Origin: Chiloscyllium plagiosum
Taxonomy: Eukaryota
NCBI RefSeq assembly: GCF_004010195.1
Contig: NC_057719.1
Span: 62,064,079 to 62,126,078 of the forward strand
Direction: 5' to 3'
Length of the DNA: 62,000 nt
Position 1 is the first letter of the stretch; each line of letters starts with the position of its first letter. The notes under the pieces are model-generated. The model saw nothing but the letters and a program-made list of their open reading frames with translations. It searched no databases and was not told where the DNA came from. The translations under genes and the position numbers were made by a program. Positions 12,413-26,704 of this stretch are shown one piece after another.

Positions 12413-13444
12413 AGTGAGAAATACTTACAGCTCGTATCAATTGTCACCATGGTCGCAAGCAGGCACCGTGAGACACAGATACTGTCGGAGAAATTAAGGA
12501 CCTCAAAAGCAACTTAAAATAAAGTTGCCCACCCTGGAACTTTCCAAAGCCAAAATTAAAACTCTATAGGATCATTTTGGAAACCCAAGCAGACAAACTC
12601 TTACAAAATAAGTAATTTAGGAGACTACTGAGGCACAGAAAAGGCAGAAGATTCACTATTAAGACTCTAGTCAAGGCAGGATACATTATTTATTAAGGCA
12701 GCAGGTCTGTGATTATTTCAGAAAATCCTTTAAGGAAACAGGAATCTTTCATTAAAGCCATGATTGGCAGAATTCATCCAGCGAAACTGTGAAAAAGCTA
12801 GCCATCTTCAATTTTACTCATAGACAACAGAAAACCTCAATTTTACCCACAGAAACATGGGAAAATCTTTCATTTCATTCACAAAAGGAAGGAATCCTCC
12901 TTTATGACCAAAGCAAATGAGAAAACTGCTCCAGCACGGCAGTACACAGCAGCAGTGACACTAAACTGCAAAATTAAAAGCCTTTTAAACATGGAAAATA
13001 AATAATCACATTGGGAAGGCATGACATTAGAAGTGGGACATAGTCATAAAACAGCATGAAGTCAAATACACAGAAGTTCAAAAACTAGAATGGACCACAA
13101 TCGAAGAAAATGCAATGATATTGTGAAATGCAATTAATGAAATAAACCTCAACTTTGAGTAAGAAGATATCTAGGTTAGTGGATGTCTCACTAGTTCTAA
13201 GCTTGTTACGGGAGTGAGAGTGTCATTATATTATTAGATAATATGCCAGGGTGAAAGAAATACTGTCTAGAGTTGACAATATTAGAACTAGATAATCCAG
13301 GAGGTACAACATGTAAGATGAAAGATATCTTGCAAAAATGTTCAAGGGGTGTCAGATAGAAGAGGCCTTATTTATATTTCACAATTGAGAATGCTCACAC
13401 TTGAGCACAAATGTGTAATTCGGCCTCAGTCTTTTTCAAAAGGT

Positions 13445-13575
13445 GGAATCATTCTATTCATATGCCCATCCAGATGCCTTCTACATGTTGCAATTGTATC
13501 AACCTCCACCACTTCCTCTGGCAACTCATTCCATACACACACCATCCTCTGTGTGAAAAAGTTGCCCCTTAGGTT
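13445..13575 (-). mobile_element. CR1/HER1 fragment
   Basis: LRGNFFTQRMVCVWNELPEEVVE. Confidence 0.85.
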
Positions 13576-13584
13576 CAAGAACAT

Positions 13585-13765
13585 GCACAGCACAGTAGTT
13601 AGCACTACTACCTCACAGCACCAGGGTTTAATTCCAGTCTCGGCCGACACTCTGTGTGGAGTTTGCACATTCTACCTGTGTGTGCCTTTTCGCTGGGTGC
13701 TCTGATTTCACTCTACAGTCCAAAGATGTTCAGGTTAGGTAGATTGGTCATGCTAAATTGCCTGA
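13585..13765 (+). mobile_element. HE1-type SINE 5' half
   Basis: GCACAGTAGTTAGCACT...TGTGTGGAGTTTGCACATTCT...CATGCTAAATTGCC. Confidence 0.85.
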
Positions 13766-13769
13766 AGAG

Positions 13770-14335
13770 GTAACGTCTAAAGATTTGGTCATGAAGGAAT
13801 TACCTGGTTCAGAGATCCAGGATACTGCAAAGAAAAAGTTGCCTGACAGTGATCCAGAATTCTGAAAAAAAATTTCAACAGGATAGCCCTCTTACATGAA
13901 TGAAACTTATGAGGTTAAAGGTCTTCTAGAAGTTGTAATGGAACAACTGGCTATTTCAACAGGAAAGATCTGCCCCATGAGGGAAATCTAATAAATAACA
14001 GACCTTCCATTTTGGAAGGATTTGCAGACCTAACTCTGTCAAGAGCAGGATCAAAGTAAACAACCTTCAACCCAAATACACACCAATCTTCCAAATCCCA
14101 GGAAAATACTGAAACTTCCAGAGCACCTCAATTTCTGAGGTCAATGGCTTGTAGGGAGATGGGGTAGTGGTAAATGTAATTATATACATAAATATATAAA
14201 TATTCATGGGGATATGTTGTTTAAAGGTGTATGGGTCACATGAACTTAGTGAGAGATCAGCTTAGAATCATGAGTAATATCTTCAGAGTGTCTGTAAAAT
14301 GTCTTTCGGATCAGTATAAATTGGACGTAGTTACA
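13770..14335 (+). mobile_element. Possible very old Gypsy pol 3' end and LTR
   Basis: RKILKLPEHLNF* (14100-14138) resembles the Gypsy pol C-terminal GR.IKPP.RLNL*; purine-rich run then TGTTGT at 14215; weak. Confidence 0.3.
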
Positions 14336-14339
14336 ATCA

Positions 14340-14620
14340 TGCAATAGGCTACGTCTTGTTTAAAGACAAGCCTCTCCTCCTTAGACCACCAAGAGCAGGC
14401 AGACTTTATGTGTTCCGACTCTGAAAGAGAATGGTGGCAGTTAACCTACCCTAATGAGCAATAGTATAAAACTCTCATAAACTTGATGAGCAGTATCATG
14501 GATCACTCTTAGTGATCTCCATCGACCACTTTCCCATCCAATAAACTTTCCACCTTCTGCTAACCTTGGAGATTTTAAATCCAATTGCCTAAATGGGTCA
14601 GAAACGAACTTTGCAAGTTT
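14340..14620 (+). mobile_element. Possible solo LTR relic
   Basis: TATAAAA (14465), GATCACT-ctt-AGTGATC hairpin (14501-14517), AATAAA (14540); ends not defined. Confidence 0.3.
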
Positions 14621-14704
14621 TGTTTCTTTTGTATTATGTTATTGTTTTGAAGGGGTTAACGTTGATGTTACATTGGCTCCGTCCATTCTACTGATGTTGC
14701 CATA

Positions 14705-15115
14705 TTTTTGATTTGATTTGTTATTGTCACATGTACCTAGGTACAGTGAAAAGTTTTGTTTCGTGTGCAGGACAGGCAGATCATAACATAAAAAGCGCAT
14801 TAGGGTAATATAGCAGAGTGAAGAATGCAATGTTACAGCTGCAGAGATAGAGCACAGAGCAAGACCAACATTAAATATAAAATTTGAGAAATCCATTCAG
14901 AAGTCTCATAACAGCTGGGAAGAAGCTGTTCTTGAACTTGTTGGTACACATGTTTAAGCTTTTGTATCTTCTGTCTGACAGAAGTGGTTGAAAGAGACAA
15001 TAACCGGGGTGGGAGGGGTCTTTGATTATGTTGGTGCCTTTCCGAAGCAGCAAGAATGACAGTTGGAATCAATGGATAGAAGGTTGTCTTGTGTGATGGA
15101 CTGGGCTGTGTTCAA
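14705..15115 (-). mobile_element. Rex1/Babar-type LINE 3' fragment
   Basis: IIKDPSHPGYCLFQPLLSDRRYKSL..TNKFKNSFFPAVMRLLN; tail GACAATAACAAATCAAATCAA. Confidence 0.85.
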
Positions 15116-16711
15116 CTGTCAGTGGAGATAACAACAATGAAGACTACAGCTGTCAATGGATTCAGCTGTCAACGCAGATTTCTACCCAGCTTTCAGAGAG
15201 GTTAGATGTATCTGTACTAAATCCAAAGGTTTTAGTGATACTACCTGATCAAGTATGGTTATATTATTACTATCAAGGAATAAATCTCGTTCTCTACAGT
15301 GGTATGTCCTGTATCATGAATCGTGAAATGGGCTAACCAAAGACAAAATAAGCTTGATTGAAGGAAACTACCTCAAACAATCCTTATCCACATACTAGTG
15401 GAGTTGGCAAAGACACAAGGGACCAGGATTGGTAATCTGGGGAATTATTGCAGTCTCCTCCAAATTGGATTAAATTTTTAGAGGCTTTTTTTCCCCTCTC
15501 CTCACAAGAGATTGTGCAGTTTCAGCTGAGGTGGAGAGAGTTTACATTATAATGCACCATGTATCACAACTCTGTGAGAATAACTGAATGGACTAAGTGG
15601 CCTTTACTTGCTTGTCATTGTTTGTGTGTTTGTACATGATCAGCACTACTGCAAAATACATTCCTCTCACAACGTCAACAATTACACGAACATTTGATGA
15701 TCTGGCTGACAGCCTGGAATCCTTTCATGGAAGCAAACTGGAACAATGATGCACAATTTTTAAAGAAAAAGTTTACATCTTTATTCTGGGCTGGCAATTT
15801 GAATTGAAGTCCGGGACAAATCGAGATACAGAGTTTTCACAATGCCTCGGATGATGTATGTTTTACCATTTTGCTAAAAGCCAGAATAATTTTGCAAATC
15901 TACATAGTTAATTGAGTCACTGTTGGTGAACAGGATTGTGTGAGTGAGGCAAAACTCTCCTCATGGTGACAGGTGCATCTAAATTGCACTATTTACTGTT
16001 TGCATTTCAAATATCCAGCATTTGCCATATTACTTTCTTGCAGCAGTAATGATAATCTTGACTTGATCCATTTGCACAACAGTTGCAGCACAGAAGATTT
16101 TTGTGAACAAGACCCTCATCAATAGAAGGGCTGAAAATGTGCAGACATTTTATCCCATGATACAGCACAAAGGCAGACAAGTAGTTTCACTGCATGATAG
16201 AAAACAGCCTCAAGGGAATGTTGTCCTGTTGTCAAACCCCTGAGCCTTGAGACTAAAAAGATAATAATTGAAAGCTGATGAAATCTTGGGTTGAAAAGGT
16301 TAAGTTCCCTATTAGATTTATCTGTGATTGGAGCTTTACTGCCCTCTTAGTAAAGTGAATCGGACTTCAAATGACACAAGTCCCTCCATTCTGCTCCTAA
16401 TCTAATTCTGTTTGGAAGCTACCTTGTTTAAACTGCCTCTTATCTCATTGTACAGTGCAAATGAGGACATTTGTGTATCTAACCCATTTGGAAGGTCTGT
16501 ATAATGTTAAATCTTCTTGTAGCTCAACAGCGAGAAATCTCAAAGCAGCATCTATTTCGGTATAGGGAGGGTAGTATGGTACAATGTTTAGTTTAAGTGG
16601 TGATGAAAATCAATAATGATTGCCCAGAACTTGTAGGAAAGCTAACAGATGAGTTTAATTTGCAGACCATTGTTTATGTGTAATTTGTTCAGCAATTCGT
16701 GAAGGGGTAGA

Positions 16712-17140
16712 GTTAGAGTCATAGAGTTGTACAGCACAGAAACAGACTCTTCAGTCCAACTTGTACATGCTGACTGGATATTCTAAATTAACCTAGTCCC
16801 ATTTGCCAGCATTTGGCCTGTCTCCCTCTAAACCCTTCCTATTCATGTCCCATCCAGATGCATTTTAAATGTTGCAACTGTATCCGCCTCTGGCATCTCA
16901 TTCCATACACGCACCATCCTCTGCGTGAAAAGTTTACCTTTTCAAATCTTTCCATTCTCACCTTAAATCGATACCCTCTATTTTTTTACTCCCTTACCCT
17001 TGGCTATTCATCCTAATCATGCCCCTCGTGATTTTATAAACCTATATAAGGTCACCCCTCAGCTTCCAATGTACCAGGGAAAATAGCCCCAGCCTATTCA
17101 CCTCTCCCTATAGCCAAACTCTCCAACTCCAGCAACAGCC
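16712..17140 (-). mobile_element. CR1/HER1 3' fragment
   Basis: Reverse complement of the HER1 tail and ORF2 end. Confidence 0.88.
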
Positions 17141-18799
17141 TCAAACTGTTAAATCTTATTTCCAATTAGTTGTTCCCAAAGGTAAACATTTCTCTTACTC
17201 TTCCTTTCTGTTTCTTCTCTCTAGTTTCTCTTGTTATTTGTCCTCTAATCTAATCTCATTTTCCCCTATCTTCATTTCTCTTTCTGTACTTGATTTGACT
17301 CGAATTCACCCTACTTCTTCCTCTATTGGGTCTCTGTTTTGACCTTAACTCTCTAATTTCACTAGTTATGGAGATGGACTGTTGGCCTTGTCATTCTGCA
17401 ACAGTCCGTATGCTCCATTGTCAGCTCACACTCTCTGCATTTCTCAGATTTTGTTTTTCTGAATGGAACATAGTAGGAAATGACTATGCCATTCCATCAA
17501 AACTGGCCTGATATATTGGCCGTGTGGTACTGGAAAAGTTCTTCAGCATAGCATGACAACTTTAGTATTACACTATGTCAGAGGCCTATTTATTTTGTAC
17601 ATGATTGCCACCCTATAAACCAAAGTGCATGAAATGACCAACATTCGCAAATGATTTATTTGCAATTAACATGTGTGATGATTTTGAATGATTAGCACTC
17701 TTTCCCCAGTATATGTGAATGTGAAGATCAGCATGGTGGGAATAAGGATTGGGAACTGTACGATTCAATAAATACAAGGTATCTATTTCTGCATTGGTAG
17801 AGAAGATGCTTTGACATTGTACATTCTGTAATGTTCGAAAATAATGCAAAGTAAATGGGCAGGAGTCATGAAACAGTGGCAGTATATCAGGGAACATAAC
17901 CATGCTGTTTTTAACCCCCAGTGTGTTAGTTCTCAGATAATAGAATTTGCATTGAGAATATGAAAGCACAAGTGAATAGGTTGTCAGTGACAAAATCTAA
18001 TATCCTTTTGAAATACATTGCGCTTAGATACCAGAAACCAACTGAAGCAACTTCACTTTCATGTTGACACAAAACAACATTGAATCTGGCTCCTGATGGT
18101 ATTTCATGTAAGTGACGACAGAAGTCCTCCAAAAACTGGAGAGAGAGCTAAATGGTTGACCCAAAGTAAATACTATAACTTGACATTTTGGCTGAACTAT
18201 TTATTTCAGGATTGGATCAACTCTCTATTCAATGACATGAAACTCAGCCGTGTTCCAGAGATCTAATGCATGCATGAAAGAAGGGATTGCTATCTGGGAC
18301 AGGGGAAAATAAGAATACTGGACATGTATTGTATCAGTGGTGGCATTGCATTACACCACTTGTATACATTTCCCATAGCAGTAATCTTTCTCTTCCACCC
18401 ACTGATCAGGCCAATATTTATCAGGCTTTCAGGCTTCATGCCATTCAATTCGGTATTTTGCATCCAAAACAATCACATAAATGATAACATTATTTAACTT
18501 TGTAAAGACAGTGGTGCGGTATCCAAAGAAGTGAATTGGTATAGTTTCACAGTCACTTGAAACAAATATGGGTCATTAAATTGTGTCTGTGTATCACCTT
18601 TGTGAAGGTTTCTGGTGTCGTCAAATAATTCTCATATTGAATTCTAGTTGCAAAGCAGAGTCTAGTACAATTTGTCGCTCGTACTTTTTAGATGATCAGT
18701 AATCTGATCTGAAATTAGTGTGCAGATTTTTTAAGGACGTAACAGAATATAGAACTATTACCAAATTTTTCTTGTGGGAATTCCCAGTTAGGTCTGACC

Positions 18800-19020
18800 C
18801 AGTTCAGGTTGGGTCAAGTCCCACTCCAAGACTTGGACACTATTTAAGCGAATACTTCAGTATAATATTGAGCCAGTAACATATTTGTTGGAGATGCCTT
18901 TTTTTAAGGTCAATTATTAAACCAAGATCCCATCAGTTTGATGAACTGAACATGAAAAAACCCTGATATTATTCAATAAACAATCGCTTGTTCCCTGATC
19001 CACAATTATCCCTCAACTAA
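18800..19020 (+). mobile_element. SacSINE1/DeuSINE-like relic
   Basis: GGGTCAAGTCCCACTCCAAGACTTG...GGAGATGCC...TTAAACCAAG...TTATCCCTCAAC. Confidence 0.55.
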
Positions 19021-19034
19021 AACAAAATATAAAA

Positions 19035-19330
19035 GCAGGAGCCAACGATTTGGCCACTCAAGTCACTTATGTTCATCAATGGCTGATCTGCAACCCAGCT
19101 TTTTGTCACATATCCTGAATACTTTTCAATAGCAAAATTCTATTAACCTCAAAATTAAAATCTGTATTTAATCTTGCATTATTTGCCATTTGTGGGAGAG
19201 AGTTCCAAAATGTCCACAGCCATTTGTATGTCCAAGTGCATCCTAATTCCACTCCTAAAAGGTCTGGCTCTAAGTTTTAGGCAAAACCCTTTATCCTAGA
19301 CTCCCTGAAAAGGTTTCTATCCTGTCCATC
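19035..19330 (-). mobile_element. Old CR1 tail fragment
   Basis: GGGAGAGAGTTCCA...TTATCCTAGACTCCC, reverse complement of a CR1 3' end. Confidence 0.55.
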
Positions 19331-21714
19331 TGCTCAGTAGCTCATACACCCTATCGCTGTTTGTTGGACCTTGCTATGCAGACATAGGCTGTCACATTTG
19401 CCAATGTCACAACAGCACATACATTGCAAAAACAATTTATCGCCTTTGAAGGACTCTCAGGTGTTTATGAAACATTTAAGGCATTTTTAGGTCTAATTTT
19501 CCTTTCATTTATTGTGTGCATTCTTTAACAGTAAGTACAATCCAGAAAAAGAATCAAGGTGATATTTTCAATGAAACATTACTATTTAGGAATTTGATTT
19601 GTGCTGTGTAAGTAAAACAGCAATACCCTTACATACTGGAAAATAAACAGGAGGGAGGTGTTCAGGCAACAGTATAGTGTGGAAGGAGACTATTACATTT
19701 GCGTTGGAAATAGCTATCCATTTAATTCCATTTCTGAGAACTTTAATGAAATGTAGTTTTCAAATATTTATCTCCTGTCCTTTTGAAATCCATTATAAAT
19801 CTCTCCTCAGCACTGCTTCTGATGGAGCATTTCGTGTCTGAACATCCATCTACATGATACAAAAGCTTTCTTCTCATTGTTTTTGTTGTTTAGTAGAGCT
19901 TGGAAGAATTACTGAGACTTTAGTAGGCTTAAACAGGAACTAGTTCATTACATATTAAAGACCTATGTACAGCTTCAGAGGAGTGTCTATTAGACTTAGT
20001 CTCCTTGTCATGTGTATGCTCTTACATTGTCATTATGAGCAACATAATCAGAAATTGCTGGAAAAATTCTGAAATTTCTGTCTTTGTGTCTGACTTCCAG
20101 CACCTGTAGTTCTTTAGGTTGTTTTTAATCATTCTGGAAGCTGCTATTCACCCAGTCCCAGGCAGTAAGTGTTACAATACTGGCACTACATCTCTCAACG
20201 AATCTTCATTCCTTTTTTCACACTAATTTCTGCATGTGACTCAGCTTCCTTCCCTCAGTCTCTCACATCACAGGTTCATTATGTTGCTAAAATTGGTCGC
20301 CTGTCAAGTCTTTGCATTTTTCCAGCAATCATTGTAATACTAGTGATAGTATTGTCTGTGCTATTATACACCAAATCAAATCACATTTTGATACAACACA
20401 TTGGAACTGATTCATTGAGCAATTAGCTTTATCCTGATAAGTCAGAATTCATCATCAAAACATTGAAACCGATGAAAAGGAAAGCAGTAAATAGACTGCC
20501 AGGCTCATTAGCATTAAACAGTGGTTAAAATTGTGGAAGATTTCACACACAACCTGTATCTGTTTTAACTGCACATTCCTAAAAGTTGTTACTTACTCAT
20601 CATCCTCACTTAAATATTATTGCATAAAGAACAAGCCTAGAAACTTCTTGTTTGGATGAAGGATGTAAGTTGTGCAAGCAAACTGCATGTATTTAATTTG
20701 TAAAGTTCTTTCAAATTCTTGCCAGAACGCGAATAAATTAACTGTTAAGAAAAATTCAAAATTGCTGTATTTGCTACTGCTATCTCCTAGTCAGTGGGAT
20801 TTTGAACAGCTTCAATAACTTTATTCTAAGGACGTGGTAAATCATGTCATAAAATATTCCTGCTTTGCAAATAAATGACACTGATGTGGCCTTTCAAAGA
20901 TAAATTTCTATACAGATTATCCAGGGTGATTTCAGGATACTAATTCCCCAAGCAGTGCTTCAAAGATGGATGCTTCCTTAAAAAGAAATTCAGGATTCAC
21001 TTAACCATAACCTGATTAAGGTTGAAGACAAGAAATGTTATGAAAAAGATCATTAATCCAAGTAAAAGGAATTCTGCCAATACAAAGGAACTGGCTGACC
21101 TATAGTTACAGATACTAAGACAAACAATGAAAATGGCGAGTTAACTTTTCAAAGTTGCACCTTTGTGAAATTTATAGACCATGAGCAACTGGAAGATACT
21201 GGATTGCTTTCTTTCAACCATGTTTGCTTCTTGACTGAATCTTGTTATAGTTTGACTGTAAAAAGTCAAAGAGTCAAACTCTGACAAAACATTAATGCTA
21301 AGCTGTAAAGTGCAAGCCCGTTTTTAACACGTCAGTTAAAATAAATTCTTGATACCTCAGTCATTACAAATGACCGGCTATTTGATAGATTACACTCCTG
21401 GCTAGCTAATTGGAGTTACACAGCATTGGATGCCTATGATTTTACAACACATTTCTCAGTTTGGCAGTACTGCTTCTGATCGGAACCTATTCCATTCCTT
21501 GGTTAGATTGGAATGGGAGCTCAAGTTACAATTCTGGAAGCATAATTTCTTTGTTTGCTGCATGGTCAGAATCCTATCATGTTAACATTCTCAGGTTCTC
21601 TGCTGAATGGTGCAGTACATGATGAAAATACAAATACCCTCAACAGTAACCATGGTAAAGAGATGCTTGAGCAGTTGATACTACAAAATTCAGAAATATG
21701 GAAAGAAAGAAGAG

Positions 21715-22111
21715 AGTTGCCTTGATTGAGGTGTACAAGGAAATGAGAGGCATAGATAGAGTAGATAACCAGAGACCAATGGGGGGAATCGGGGCGGGGG
21801 CCATGGGGGAGGACGGGGCAGGGCTGTCACGAGGGGTCATAATTTTAGGGTGATTGGAGGAAGGTTTAGGGGAGATGTCAGAGGTAGTTTTTTTACGCAG
21901 AATGTAGTGGGTGTGTGGAATGCACTGCCAGCGGTGGTAGTAGAGTCAGAGACATTAGGGACATTTAAGCAACTGCTGGACAAGCACATGGACAGCAGTA
22001 AGTTGAGGAGTGTGTAGTTTGGTTGATCTTACTTTAAGATAAAGTCTCAGCCCAACATTATGGGCCGAAGGGCCCGTACTGTGCTGTATTGTTCTGTGTT
22101 CTATGTTCTAT
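21715..22111 (+). mobile_element. CR1 LINE 3' fragment
   Basis: LIEVYKEMRGIDRV..., WNALP, tail (GTTCTAT)n. Confidence 0.88.
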
Positions 22112-22212
22112 AAGAATCATCACAATTTCTCTGAGCATCTTATTGTTGAACTTAGAGGATCAGTGATCTTCCTCTGAACTTCTGAACTCTTGTTTCCTAA
22201 TGTGGCACCTTC

Positions 22213-22426
22213 GAAAACAGAAGTTGCTGAAAAAGCTCAGCAGATCCGACAGCATCTATGAAAAGAGATCAGAGTTAACGTTTCGGGTCCGGTGACCCTT
22301 CCTTCCAGGATCCGGAACTTTAACTCTGATATCACTTCACAGATGCTGCCAGACCCGCTGAGCTTTTCCAGCAACTTCTGTTTTTGTTTCTGATTTGCAG
22401 CATCTGCAGTTCTTTCAGTTTTTATT
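22213..22426. mobile_element. Fold-back Penelope-derived short element (family C) with hammerhead relic on the minus strand
   Basis: Arms ~22214-22278 and ~22320-22385 are inverted; minus strand has GGGUC-ACCG-GACCC-GAAACGUU. Confidence 0.8.
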
Positions 22427-22784
22427 GAGGTTTGTATGATCTGCTTAATTCAGAAGAGCAGTTTGAAAATTGGCGTTCTTCATTGAAAGTGCTGTATAGT
22501 TCTCACTCCCCATTTGGTTTGACCACTGATGGGAAATATCATGAAAAACTTGTAAGAGGGATAATCCACAGAATTCCCCAAAGTGTGAGAAGTAGTCATT
22601 GACAAATTGCGAACCATTGATGAAAATTACCTAGCCAGGCAGACCATGTGTTGCAAGTATCCCTTTTAAAGTCTGAACAACTGCCTGAATGGTTGCCATA
22701 TGTCAGAGTTCAACCTCAAACTGACTGGAAAAATAATCAACGACAATCAGTTCAAATTTTCTATGAAATATAAATGGAAATTGG

Positions 22785-23720
22785 ATTAGGAGCAGTCCAT
22801 TCAGCCCCTCAAGTCTGCTCTGCCATGACACAAGATCAGAGTTGATTTACCCGAGCCCTCAACTCCTCTTTCTTGGCAGATCCTTTGGGCCTCCAAAATA
22901 TCAACTCCCATATCAATGCCCTGATATTTAAAAAACTGTCTGCCTCCTCTTTAAATGCTTTCAGTGATATAGTCTCCACAACTCATTGGAATAGAGAACC
23001 CCAGAGAGTCACCGTCCTCATTCTAAATGAGTGCAGCCTTATTCCGTAACTATGTCAACCCTCATTCGAGATTCCCCACTCAATCTTCTTCTCAGCATCC
23101 ACCCTGTCAAGCTCCATCAGAATCTTGCTTCAATAAGATCGCCTTTCATTCTTCTGAACTCTGATGAATAAGGGCCTAACCTGTTTAGCTGTTCTTGATA
23201 TATTAACCCCTACAGTCAGTATGGGGCATCTCTTTTGAACTAGCTCCAATGCCAATACATCCTTTCTTAAATACAGGGACTACAGCCATACACAGTGCAC
23301 CACATGTGGCCTCACCATTACCTGACACTGTTGTAACAGGACTTGATGCTTTTTTAAAATCCAATCCCACAACAATAAAGGCTAAAATTTCATTTGCCTT
23401 CTTAATTACTTGCTGCACTGCATTCTATGCTGTTGTGTTTCACGCACATGAATGCTCACTTTTTTTTGGAGTGCTACACTTTATTTGGAGTGTCTATCTA
23501 TTTAAATAAAAATCTGCCTTTTCATTATTCCTTTGTGTGTGGCCTCACATTTTATTTACATGATATTAAACTCCATCTGCCAAGTTTTTGCCCACTCACA
23601 TCCTCTTGCTTCCTTAGCTATGATCTTATGGAATAATGGAGCAGATTTGAGCAATCAGATAAGATTCCTTATGCTCTCATCACACTTCATCTCACTATTT
23701 TTGTATTGTCAGCAAATAGG
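22785..23720 (-). mobile_element. Older CR1 LINE ORF2 3' portion
   Basis: QQVIKKANEILAFI; CR1 tail; heavily mutated. Confidence 0.8.
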
Positions 23721-24049
23721 GATATGCAGTAAACTTTTTATTCACTAGCAACTATGAGGCCAGGAATTTGCCAGCTGACCAAATATTCTGGGTAATGAAG
23801 AGATGTACACAACATCAGTAAATCCTGAGCGAGTGAAGCTTTTAGATGTCAACATCCCTCAAAAATATCTGTGTAAAAAGATCAACACACCTCCTAAAAG
23901 CAATATAAAAACACACAGTAATAGAAACACATACACATTGCTGTTATGCTTGATTTACAGCATAAATACTTGACATCTAATGTCTACGGTTTTTGCCAAT
24001 TTATCAAGAACACTAGTTAATACAAAGTTCGCTGTTTTATACTCTTTCC

Positions 24050-24830
24050 CCTCTTCCAAGTCATTAATATAGATAGTGAATAATTGAGACCGGATTTCTG
24101 ATCTTTGTGACACTCCCTCAGTTATAACTTGCCAACTTGTAAAAGACCTGAAGTTTTCCTAACACTCTGTCTTTGATGTGTTAATCAACCCTCAGTCCCT
24201 GCTAATACATTACCTCCAATATTGTGAGCTGCTTTCTTGTACAATAACCTTTTATGTGGCACCCTGTCAATCGCCTTTTGAAAATCCCAAATACACAGAC
24301 CCCCCTTAACAATTCTAATCGTTACATCCTCAAAAAACTCCAGAAAATTTGTCAAACATGGTTCCCCTTACACAATACCATGTTGACTCTTTTTAGTGAC
24401 AATAACTTTTTTAAATGCCCTACTATAACTTTCTTAAAATAGATTCTCGCAAATTCTGAGTGACAAATATTACGCCTATAGCTTCCTGCTTCCTGTCTCG
24501 CTCATGAACTGCACATGAGCTAATTTCTCCTAAACTGATCTTTGAGCTACCATTTACCTCTCTAATCTTATCTTCCATACAATTTGCATTTGGTGCAAAA
24601 AGAAATCTAGATATTAACACCTTTGTAGTTCTGCTTTCTAATATAACACTAAACTGATCGGAATCCCTCAACAGAACTTCTTTCCTAAACCTACCTGTGC
24701 CATTGATTCCTATGTGGATCATAATAATTCGAATTTTTATGCCCCACTCCAAGTTCCTCTCCAGCCAGAAGAGATATCTTTAACCTTGGCACCAGGTAGG
24801 CTCCAGCAGCAGTGAACCTTTTGTTCCAGA
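24050..24830 (-). mobile_element. CR1 relic including an ORF1 SGNH-esterase-like fragment
   Basis: IMIHIGINGTGRFRKEVLLRD...RTTKVLIS (24540-24740) matches the CR1 ORF1 esterase HIGTND block; RT fragment at 24050-24470 (minus strand GGGATTTTCAAAAGGCGATTGACAGGGTGCCAC). Confidence 0.7.
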
Positions 24831-25094
24831 CCCTTGCATTATGGCATTGTGAAGTTCTCTTTGAAATCTTCCAAAAGATTTGAAACCATGTTTCCAGAAA
24901 TGTCAACCTTATATCTTGAAGACTTGTCAGTGCAAACATTATTCGCGAGACTCACTTACTGCTGCATTGAGAACAAACCATTTTTTTTCCAAATGCTTAA
25001 TTTATCACCAGGAATGCAATGAAGACATCCAGTTTGGTTAAGTGAGATGTTTGTGAAATTATAGGCTGGGTTTTACGGCCTTTCTCTGCTATGC

Positions 25095-25840
25095 TTAGAG
25101 TAGAGTAGATTTTATTTGTCACTTCTACCATATACAACTGATACAGTAAAAATGAGACAGCGTTCCTCCAGGATCGAGGGTGCTACATGGACAGCACAAA
25201 CTACACAATTGTACGTGGCATAAAGTGCATAAGAAGTGCAAAACACACAAGGTACAGTGTAATAGAAAAATTATAAATAATAGACATTGTTATTGCAGCA
25301 ATTCAAAGTTGTGCAAATTATTTTGGATGGAAAAGAGTCTGATCATATTGTGTTAAGGAGCTTGATGGCTCGGGTGACGAAACTGTTGCACAGTCTGGCC
25401 GTGAGAGACCATATCTCCTGCCAGTTGGCAGGAAGGAGAAGAGTTTGAGTGAATGATGTGTGAGATCTTCCACAATGCTCTTAGCCTTTTGGATGCAATG
25501 TGTGATGTAAATGTCTGTAATGGAGGGGAGGGAGACCCTAATGGTCTTCTCAGCTGTCTTCACTATCTGTTGTAGGTCTTATGATCCGAGACAGTGCAAT
25601 TCCTGAACCAAGCAGTGATGCAGCACCTCAGGGCACTCTCAATGAACCCTCTATAGAATGTGGCAAGGATGGGGAGTGGGAGTTGGGCTTTCCTCAGTCT
25701 ACACAGAAAGTAGAGACACTGCTGAGCTTTCTTGGCTATGGAGCTGGTGTTGAGGGACTCGGTGAGATTCTCTGCCAGATGGATGCCAAGAAATTTGGTT
25801 GTCTTCACGATTTCCACAGGGGAGCCGTCAATGTCCAGCG
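25095..25840 (-). mobile_element. Rex1/Babar-type LINE 3' portion
   Basis: VEIVKTTKFLGIHL..LT..LNTSSIAKKAQQCLYFLCRLRKA...FYRGFIES; LFSFLPTGRRY. Confidence 0.9.
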
Positions 25841-26162
25841 GAATCCAGGCATGCTGCAGGTGGAGCATATGGCCTGGTTCAGTTATCCTCCCTGCCCCCA
25901 CCCCCCGTCCCATCCCGTTTCCTATTTTAAGGAGATATTGTGGGCAGGGGTGAGTGGGGAGTGATACTAATTTCAGGTGGCTTGTTCTTGAATGTTTTGA
26001 GCCTCATCCCATCACCACCATTGTATTACTCTCTCCAGCAGTAAGGTAATTACTAAGGGGACATCTCAAAACTTTTACAGAGGTTAGGAGGAGCCCTCTT
26101 TGAGGAGATTCTCTGTGCCTTAAGAGGCATCTTACCCACAACATTATACTCCATTCTCCCAA

Positions 26163-26472
26163 AGAATCATAGAATCCCTGTAGTGTAGGAGAGGCCATTT
26201 GGCCCATTGAGTCTACACGGACTCTCCGAAGAACATCCCACCCAGACCCATCCTCCTGCCCTATCCCCATAACCCTGCGTTTCCCATGGCCAATCCACCT
26301 AACCTGCACATCTTTGGACTGTGGGAGGAAACTGGAGGACTCAAAGGAAACCCATGCAGACAGAGGGAGAACATGCAAACTCCACACAGACAATAACCCG
26401 AGGCTGGAATCAAACCTGGATCCCTAGTGCTGTGAGGAAGCAGTGCTAACTGCTGAGCCACTGTGCCACCCC
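26163..26472 (-). mobile_element. HE1-type SINE, full length
   Basis: tRNA-like head GGTGGCACAGTGGCTCAGCAGTTAGCAC, core and LINE tail. Confidence 0.92.
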
Positions 26473-26704
26473 ACTTTAATCCCACTCAATGACCCCCCCC
26501 CCCCCCCTCAGAACTGGCTATCATCCCCTCCATAGGCAGTTACTTGTTGAGCTCTACCCTGGACATGCCTTCACAGCAGCTTCTTTTACCTCCTCTTCTT
26601 CAGTCTCTACCTGCAGACTAATGTCCCACCATTTGAACCTGGCACTGCTGGGACCACAGAGGTGCCAGTTGGATTGATGATCAGCTCTCTAAGACATCCA
26701 CCTT

